Shown in pieces: positions 1 through 5,111 of a stretch of DNA of 5,111 nucleotides (the stretch's first letter is position 1; each line of letters opens with the position of its first letter). A model generated the notes under the pieces. That model had not been told where the DNA came from and did not search any database. It saw only the letters and a program-made list of their open reading frames with translations. The position numbers were made by a program, and so were the translations under genes. The stretch spans positions 1-5,111 of the forward strand of contig JBJCIZ010000036.1 of NCBI GenBank assembly GCA_051294375.1. The letters run 5' to 3'. This stretch comes from Paraspadella gotoi. Lineage: Eukaryota; Animalia; Chaetognatha.

Positions 1-6
1 CAGTCG

Positions 7-1086
7 ATGAACGGCCCAGACCTTCGCTCGCGCCTCCGCTCGGCCCAACGCGACACAGAGGAGCAGCGCGGCGAGGCAGCGCGACTCCAGGTTCCGGTCG
101 GTTTCGGACGAGGAACAAGATCGCGATCGACGTCACCCATCTTTGCTGACGCCGCGCCCAATTTCGAATTCCCGGCGACGAACGCCGGAAACTTCGAGGA
201 CGCCGACATGGCGACCGCCGGCGCCGCTGGACAAGATCTTCGCGACGAAAATATGGAACTGCGCGCCGCCCTTGCCGCCGCGACTCGCGCGTTGGAACGC
301 GCATCCAATCGCAAACCCGACCTCCCAGATTTCGACGTGAGTAACATCGAGATCTGGATTAAGCGTGTGGAAGCGGCGTATACGCGCGCCGGAATCGTTG
401 CTCCAAAGAGCAAGTTTGCTCATCTGGAGTCGAAAATAGGAATCAACGTCGACCCCAAGATAAATCAATTCCTATTTGGGGAAACGACAGAAAGCACTTG
501 GAATGAGTTCATCCAGTATTTACGCAGCGAATATGGCCTCACGCGTCGACAGCAGGCGGCGAATATTCTCGACGCTCTCGACGCCGACGGTTCAAAGCCA
601 TCAAAAATCCTCGCGCAGCTGGAGGAAAAAACTAAGACTTTGACCCTTGACGACGTGCGAAAGGAGAAAATCCTGAGAGAGCTGCCAAACGAGATTCGAC
701 GCCAACTGGAGGAAAAGGCGGACGATTTGACCGCCAGTCAGCTCTGCAAACTCGCCGATCATCACTACGACAACGACGGCAATTTAAAGATCCGTCAAAC
801 CTCCTCGATGATCAACAACGTCGCCAGAGATCAAGATCACGACGATTCCGACTCGGTAGAAGAAGACGCCGTCAACGCAGTCGACCGCCATCCACGCAAA
901 CACGCCTTCAACAAAAAACGTCAAAACCCGGCGCCAAAAGGAAAAAGCAAGCCAAAGCTTACCACTCTCTGCGCAAAGCACATTAAATTTGGCGATGAGG
1001 CGTGGTCTTGCGACCCGGGGTGCGCAAGGTACGAGGAATCCCAGAAAAAGCGCGAGGGAAACTTCAAGGGGGGCCGACGCCGGTGA
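7..1086 (+). CDS. gag: Gag (capsid-like domain + CHCC nucleocapsid knuckle), 359 aa; start may instead be ATG 208
   Basis: Open 359-aa ORF upstream of PR. Contains a capsid-start-like segment LPDFDVSNIEIWIKRVEAAY..GI....KF, a basic patch KKRQNPAPKGKSKPK and CAKHIKFGDEAWSCDPGC. ATG 208 has a strong Kozak-like context (gccgacATGG). Confidence 0.9.
   Translation: MNGPDLRSRLRSAQRDTEEQRGEAARLQVPVGFGRGTRSRSTSPIFADAAPNFEFPATNAGNFEDADMATAGAAGQDLRDENMELRAALAAATRALERASNRKPDLPDFDVSNIEIWIKRVEAAYTRAGIVAPKSKFAHLESKIGINVDPKINQFLFGETTESTWNEFIQYLRSEYGLTRRQQAANILDALDADGSKPSKILAQLEEKTKTLTLDDVRKEKILRELPNEIRRQLEEKADDLTASQLCKLADHHYDNDGNLKIRQTSSMINNVARDQDHDDSDSVEEDAVNAVDRHPRKHAFNKKRQNPAPKGKSKPKLTTLCAKHIKFGDEAWSCDPGCARYEESQKKREGNFKGGRRR
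970..1023 (+). other. CHCC zinc knuckle (C-x2-H-x9-C-x3-C) of Gag nucleocapsid
   Basis: Codons TGC 970, CAC 979, TGC 1009, TGC 1021 in the gag frame; CHCC rather than CCHC is the described hallmark of CsRn1-lineage elements. Confidence 0.88.
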
Positions 1087-1120
1087 ACGCCGTCCCCCAC
1101 TCATCGAAACAATCACCGGT
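1056..1120 (+). promoter_or_regulatory. -1 programmed ribosomal frameshift signal (slippery heptamer + predicted H-type pseudoknot) joining gag and pol
   Basis: G_GGA_AAC at 1056-1062 is in XXXYYYZ phase with gag; spacer TTCAA; stem 1 GGGGGGC 1068-1074 / GTCCCCC 1092-1098; stem 2 GCCGGTGA 1079-1086 / TCACCGGT 1113-1120; the protease frame is -1 relative to gag. Confidence 0.9.
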
Positions 1121-1130
1121 TCCCAACGAT

Positions 1131-1440
1131 TTGCTCTACATCAGGGACGCCGGGGATCGCACTAAGTGGCTTGTAGATGGCGGCGCCTTGCTGTCAATAA
1201 TACCTCCAACTGCGCAGCAGCGCAACGGAGGGCCAGATCCACAAATTAAACTACAAGCGGCCAACGGGACGTCTATAGATTGTTATGGAACAACGGAGAG
1301 GACTGTGCAGCTGGGAAATAGGAAGTTCAGCTATGAATTCATAGTCGCCGACGTCAAGCAAAATATACTAGGCGCCGACTTCCTCGCTGAAAATTATTTA
1401 GCGCCCAATCATCGCGACGGCCTTCTCTTAGACCTCCGCG
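1131..1440 (+). other. Retropepsin-type aspartic protease domain (boundaries approximate)
   Basis: WLVDGGALLSII (catalytic Asp codon 1176-1178), LQAANGTSIDCYG flap region and ILGADFL motif. Confidence 0.9.
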
Positions 1441-1599
1441 ACTATTCAACGATTGCAGCTTCAACATCGTCTGAAACGGCCGCTCACGTTAATTTTGTAG
1501 ACAGAAACGGCGAAAAATTCTACAAGTTACTCGAGTCTTTCCCCTCCCTCTCGACGCCGACTTTTCAGCTAAAGGAGCCTCGACATGGAGTTACCCATT

Positions 1600-2480
1600 C
1601 GATTCCAACCGAAGGTCGGCCATGTCAATCCAGAGCACGTCGACTTGACGCGGAAAAACCGCAAGAGAGAACTTGAGAAAATGGTTTCTCTAGGAATCGC
1701 CAAACGGGGCAAGTCTGAATGGTCCTCGCCCCTCCACGTGGTCTCGAAACCAGATGGAGGGTGGCGATGCTGTGGCGACTACCGCCATTAAACGCTCAGA
1801 CAATCGATGATCGCTACCCTGTGAAACTCTTAACAGATTTCAATTCACAATTAGAAGGTAAAACAATTTTTTCGAAAATTGACCTTCTAAAGGGATACCA
1901 CCAGATCCCTGTCAACCCGGATGACATAAAGAAGACAGCAGTCATAACCCCATTTGGCCTTTATGTCTTTCCGCGCTGCCCGTTTGGCCTGAAGAATGCG
2001 GGCCAAGACTTCCAAAGGTTGATGGACGAGATATTGGGAGACATCCCTCACACCTTTGTATATCTCGACGATATACTCGTGGCCTCGTCATCACCTGCGG
2101 AACATCTAGAGGATTTGAATCGGGTCTTTAAGGCTTTAGACGCCAACGGACTGGTCGTCAATACGAAAAAATGTCAACTCGGCCGCGACTCGTTAGAATT
2201 CCTCGGCTTCTTAGTCGACAAAAACGGCGTCAGACCACTCCCGGAACGTGTCAAAACGCTCCGCGAAACAACTAGGCCAACGACAATTAAGGAGCTCCAA
2301 CGCTTTTTAGGCATGATAAACTATTATCGCCGCTTTATCCCGAAAGTCGCACATCGATGTGCCGCCCTCTATGACGCTTTAAGCGGCCGACCCAAGACTC
2401 TGGAGTGGACCGACAAGTGTGAGCAAGCTTTCGAGGCGATAAAGGAAGGCCTAATACAAGCGGCACTACTCCATCACCCC
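1600..2480 (+). other. Reverse transcriptase domain incl. thumb/connection (boundaries approximate; two frameshifts in the N-terminal part)
   Basis: WSSPLHVV, GDYR/LN, FSKIDLLKGYHQIPV, TAVITPFGLY, PFGLKNAGQDFQRLMD, VYLDDILV (YLDD 2061-2072), FLGF, LQRFLGMINYYRRFIP. Confidence 0.96.
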
Positions 2481-2495
2481 CGCACAAACGCCCAA

Positions 2496-2858
2496 CTATG
2501 CATAACCACCGACGCTTCCGACAACGCAGTTGGCGCGGTCCTTGAACAACGCGGCCCAAAAGGATGGGAGCCTCTGGCCTTTTTCTCGGCCAAGCTCGCC
2601 AAAAACCAAAAACTTTGGCCGCCGTTTGACAAGGAATTATTTGGCGCTTTCAAGGCCGTACGTCACTTCAAGCACTGGGTGGAAGGCAGAGCCTTTACAA
2701 TCTACACTGACCATCAGAGTCTAGTCACAGCAATCAAAAAGAAATCGGAGCCGCAGACAATACGTCAATCGTATCAGCTCTCCGTAATTGCTGAATTCAC
2801 AACCGATATTCGTTACTTGAAGGGCAAAGCAAACGTAGTCGCGGACGCTCTATCGCGC
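2496..2858 (+). other. RNase H domain (Ty3-type)
   Basis: ITTDASDNAVGAVLEQ (Asp 2511), DKELFGA, YTDHQSL, GKANVVADALSR. Confidence 0.94.
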
Positions 2859-3090
2859 CCAAATGCCCCGTCAACGTCGCCACCCACTTCAAGCAACACC
2901 AAGGATGGACCGACTAACCTGTCAAAGCCGCCGACGACGACGACGGCGACAAAGACGTTGGAACCGACAACGTTGACGACGACGACGAAAGAGACGACGT
3001 CGACGACCGCAACAAAGACTCCGACGGCGACAGAAGACAAAGAAACCGAAACGAAAACGTCAAGCTCAGAGAAAACTCTCAAGACGGACC
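2859..3090 (+). repeat. Low-complexity Thr/Pro/Lys-rich linker between RNase H and integrase, with ACG-rich degenerate repeats
   Basis: In-frame PNAPSTSPPTSS...PPTTTTATKTLEPTTLTTTTKETTSTTATKTPTATEDKETETKTSSSEK; TTATKT occurs twice; (ACG)4 runs. Confidence 0.85.
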
Positions 3091-3269
3091 GATTGGAAGA
3101 CGCCAACGCCCTCATCGCAGCGCTGACCACTTTCGAGATCGACTTCGAGAGGATGGCCAGCGAACAAGTCCTCGACCCCGACTATATGCGAATCGCCGAG
3201 GACGCCAGGTCCGGACTTCACTTTCGAAAAATCCAAGTCGGTGAAAAAGAACTCCTCGTCGACATCTCC

Positions 3270-4300
3270 AATGGTCCCGCTCGACCGTTCGTTCCGGCAT
3301 CATGGCGTCGGCGAATATTCGACATTGTCCACGGCCTGGGGCATCCTGGAGTCGACGCCACCCGCAAAGCCGTCGCAGCGAAGTTCGTGTGGACGAGCAT
3401 GAGACAGGACGTTACCCGTTGGGCACGAGAATGCCTTGACTGCCAACGGGCAAAGGTTACCCGCCACACCATTCCCGAAATAGGAGAATTTAAAATTCCC
3501 GCGAGACGCTTCCAACACATAAACCTCGATCTTGTGAAGATGCCCTCATCCAACGGCTATTCAAACTTGTTGACAATCGTCGACAGGTTCTCGCGTTGGC
3601 CTGCTGCAATCCCTATACAAGACACGCTCACGTCGACAATTCTCGATGCTTTGAGTCATCAGTGGATCAGCACGTTCGGCACTCCGTCAATCATAACCAC
3701 AGATCGGGGCACCCAATTTAATTCAGCACTCTGGCGCCAACTAACGAAGCAATGGGGCATAAAGCACCAACAGACAACAGCTTACCATCCACAAGCGAAC
3801 GGGTTAGTGGAACGATTCCACCGCCGGATGAAAGAATCCCTGTTGGCGTTGGGAAGCAATGAACGAGAAAACTGGTATTGGAAACTCCCAATGACCTTAC
3901 TCGCCATACGAACAACCATCAAGGAAGATATAGGTGCTTCCGCCGCCGACCTTGTATTTGGCGAGGGCATCAACGTCCCGGGTTGCATCGTCGACGACGC
4001 CCAGGCTGACGACGCAGCGCTTCAGCAGCAGCGTCGAACCCAATTGGCAAAGCTCCGCGTCGAAGTTGCGAGATTGCAACCAACACCAACATCGGCTCAT
4101 CAACAGCCGAACGTCCACATTCCAAGCGATTTAGCAACCGCCCAATATGTCTTTGTACGACGCGAGGGCGTACAGCCAATGCTCGTAGCGCCATATATGG
4201 GCCCGTACCGCGTCGTCAACCGAAATGGACTCAACCTCACAGTGGAAATTCCTAGCAGCGGACGTGAGGTAATCAACATCGCGAGGGCAAAGCCAGCTCG
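3270..4300 (+). other. Integrase: HHCC zinc finger, DD(35)E core, GPY/F module
   Basis: H3330/H3342/C3432/C3441; D3528 (INLDLV), D3702 (TTDRG), E3810 (GLVERF) with 35 residues between D and E; PYMGPYRV at ~4191-4214; VINIARAKPA end motif. Confidence 0.95.
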
Positions 4301-4325
4301 AGTAAGCGAGGAGGAAGTGGACGTT

Positions 4326-4620
4326 GAGGAACCGCTGCAGCATCCTCGGCGCCCTCCAGGTCGTCGACCCGTCCACGAACCCGTGCTCCAGCTCCAACAA
4401 CGAGGACGACGAGATCAACAGCTCAACGCGCATCAGCGCCTGATCCTCCTCCTCCTCCTCCTCCTCCTCCTTCTGAAGACTCGCTCCAACATCCTCGTCG
4501 CCCTCCAGTTCGGCGACCCGGTCTACGACCCGCGCTCCGGCCCCAACGACGAGAACGACACGATCGACAACTCAACGCACATCGACGCTCGATTCAATCA
4601 CTCGTCCTCCTCTTTCTCCT
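4326..4620 (+). repeat. Degenerate tandem duplication, period 149 nt (150 nt / 50 codons after restoring one base), in the integrase C-terminal tail
   Basis: Copy 1 ctgcagcatcctcggcgccctccaggtcgtcgaccc-gtccacgaacccgtgctcca... (from 4335) aligns with copy 2 ctccaacatcctcgtcgccctccagttcggcgacccggtctacg-acccgcgctccg... (from 4484); each copy is followed by a CCT-rich tract. Confidence 0.92.
4445..4471 (+). repeat. (CCT)9 microsatellite, poly-Pro in the inferred frame
   Basis: Perfect CCT x9 at 4445-4471; a second degenerate C/T tract at ~4606-4690. Confidence 0.95.
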
Positions 4621-4883
4621 CCTCCCCCTCCTCCTCCTCCCCCGACTCCTCCTCTTCCCCCAACATACCCCATCTTCCCTCTTCCCCCATGCACCACCTT
4701 TGTCAATTTTGCTCCCATCTTCCCCCGTTCCACGCCCTCCACGCTCGCTTTCTACAGGCTCGAAGCGGGAGAACAACAACAACAAATCAGAAAATAAACA
4801 ATTTCGTCCGACTTACGCAGAAGTCCTTAAAGAAGTTTTGCAACGTCAACAAAGGGAAAACGGCAATTGATGAATCCCAATAG

Positions 4884-5062
4884 CCGACCATTATTATTTA
4901 ATTTTTCTTGTTACCTTTCGTTTTGAATTCTTTACTAATTGTTAATTTCTTTTTAACTCTAAATGTATATATGATGTATATACCTTATTGAATTGTTAAT
5001 GTTTTACAAACTCGATAGACCACAGAAATCGTTATATTGATATTAGTAATCCAAATATCAAC
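4884..5062 (+). other. AT/T-rich 3' untranslated region
   Basis: Abrupt shift to strongly AT-rich sequence with no ORF after the pol stops and before the purine tract. Confidence 0.75.
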
Positions 5063-5071
5063 AAGGGGGGA
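5063..5071 (+). promoter_or_regulatory. Polypurine tract (plus-strand primer)
   Basis: AAGGGGGGA, the only G-run in an AT-rich tail, directly followed by TG at the expected position downstream of pol. Confidence 0.7.
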
Positions 5072-5111
5072 TGCGGCCTTTCGAGTGACCTAACTCTTGG
5101 TTCACTAATTG
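5072..5111 (+). repeat. Possible first 40 nt of the 3' LTR
   Basis: Begins with TG immediately after the PPT; there is no second LTR copy in the window to confirm it. Confidence 0.5.

Larger units (their letters stand above)
1062..4883 (+). pseudogene. pol: pol polyprotein (PR-RT-RH-IN), interrupted by frameshifting deletions at ~1660, ~1787, ~4371 and ~4527; true stop uncertain (4797, 4870 or 4883)
   Basis: Homologous motifs run across track ORFs 1002-1676 (PR, RT start), 1585-1791 (EWSSPLHVVSKPDGGWRCCGDYR) and 1719-4883 (LNAQTIDDRYP onward). The breaks may be real mutations or sequencing errors. Confidence 0.88.
1..5111 (+). mobile_element. Ty3/Gypsy LTR retrotransposon internal region, probably CsRn1-like lineage; 5' LTR/PBS outside the window, 3' LTR at most partial
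   Basis: gag followed by pol with PR, RT (YLDD), RNase H and IN (HHCC, DD35E, GPY) in Ty3/Gypsy order; Cx2Hx9Cx3C Gag knuckle; purine tract near the 3' end. Confidence 0.96.

Noticed and set aside
186-199. GGAAACTTCGAGG near-copy of the slippery region (GGAAACTTCAAGG)
   Set aside because: The heptamer here is C_GGA_AAC, not XXXYYYZ, and I found no convincing downstream stimulator; likely a chance G-N-F codon match.
1002-1791. Track ORFs 1002-1676, 1585-1791 and the start at 1719 as independent genes
   Set aside because: They are fragments of one pol; their N-terminal residues are out-of-frame sequence upstream of shift points.
1600-2480. Bacterial RT system (retron, DGR, group II intron) or CRISPR association
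   Set aside because: The RT is embedded in a Gag-PR-RT-RH-IN architecture; no regularly spaced repeat-spacer array is present.
2813-3130. Minus-strand Val-rich hydrophobic ORF
   Set aside because: Mirror of the ACG/Thr-rich linker; no independent coding evidence.
4440-4500. Poly-Leu stretch (LILLLLLLLLL) in the track ORF resembling a transmembrane/env-like anchor
   Set aside because: It is the (CCT)9 tract read out of frame after the ~4371 deletion; the synonymous pattern between repeat copies supports poly-Pro.
133-4785. Other short antisense and alternate-frame ORFs (63-111 aa)
   Set aside because: All overlap gag/pol, show no recognisable motifs and are expected in GC-rich coding DNA.
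4937-5000. Short repeats AATTGTTAAT (4937, 4991) and ATGTATATA / small hairpin (4963-4983)
   Set aside because: Expected by chance in low-complexity AT-rich sequence.

Overview
The window is the internal region of a eukaryotic Ty3/Gypsy (Metaviridae) LTR retrotransposon on the + strand, most likely of the CsRn1/Kabuki/Boudicca lineage (CHCC Gag zinc knuckle, GPY integrase motif). An intact gag (7-1086) overlaps pol in the -1 frame. At the overlap is an in-phase G_GGA_AAC slippery heptamer, a 5-nt spacer and a predicted H-type pseudoknot, which together form a -1 ribosomal frameshift signal. pol has the order PR-RT-RNaseH-IN but is broken by at least four small deletions (~1660, ~1787, ~4371, ~4527), so this is either a decayed copy or an error-containing read/assembly. 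The ORF track's poly-Leu/poly-Ser tail is probably out of frame. Read by hand, the integrase C-terminus hides a tandemly duplicated ~50-aa Pro/Arg/Thr module whose copies differ mostly at synonymous sites. An AT-rich 3' UTR, a polypurine tract and the possible start of the 3' LTR close the window. No 5' LTR/PBS, env or chromodomain is visible. All calls come from manual motif recognition; no database search was run.
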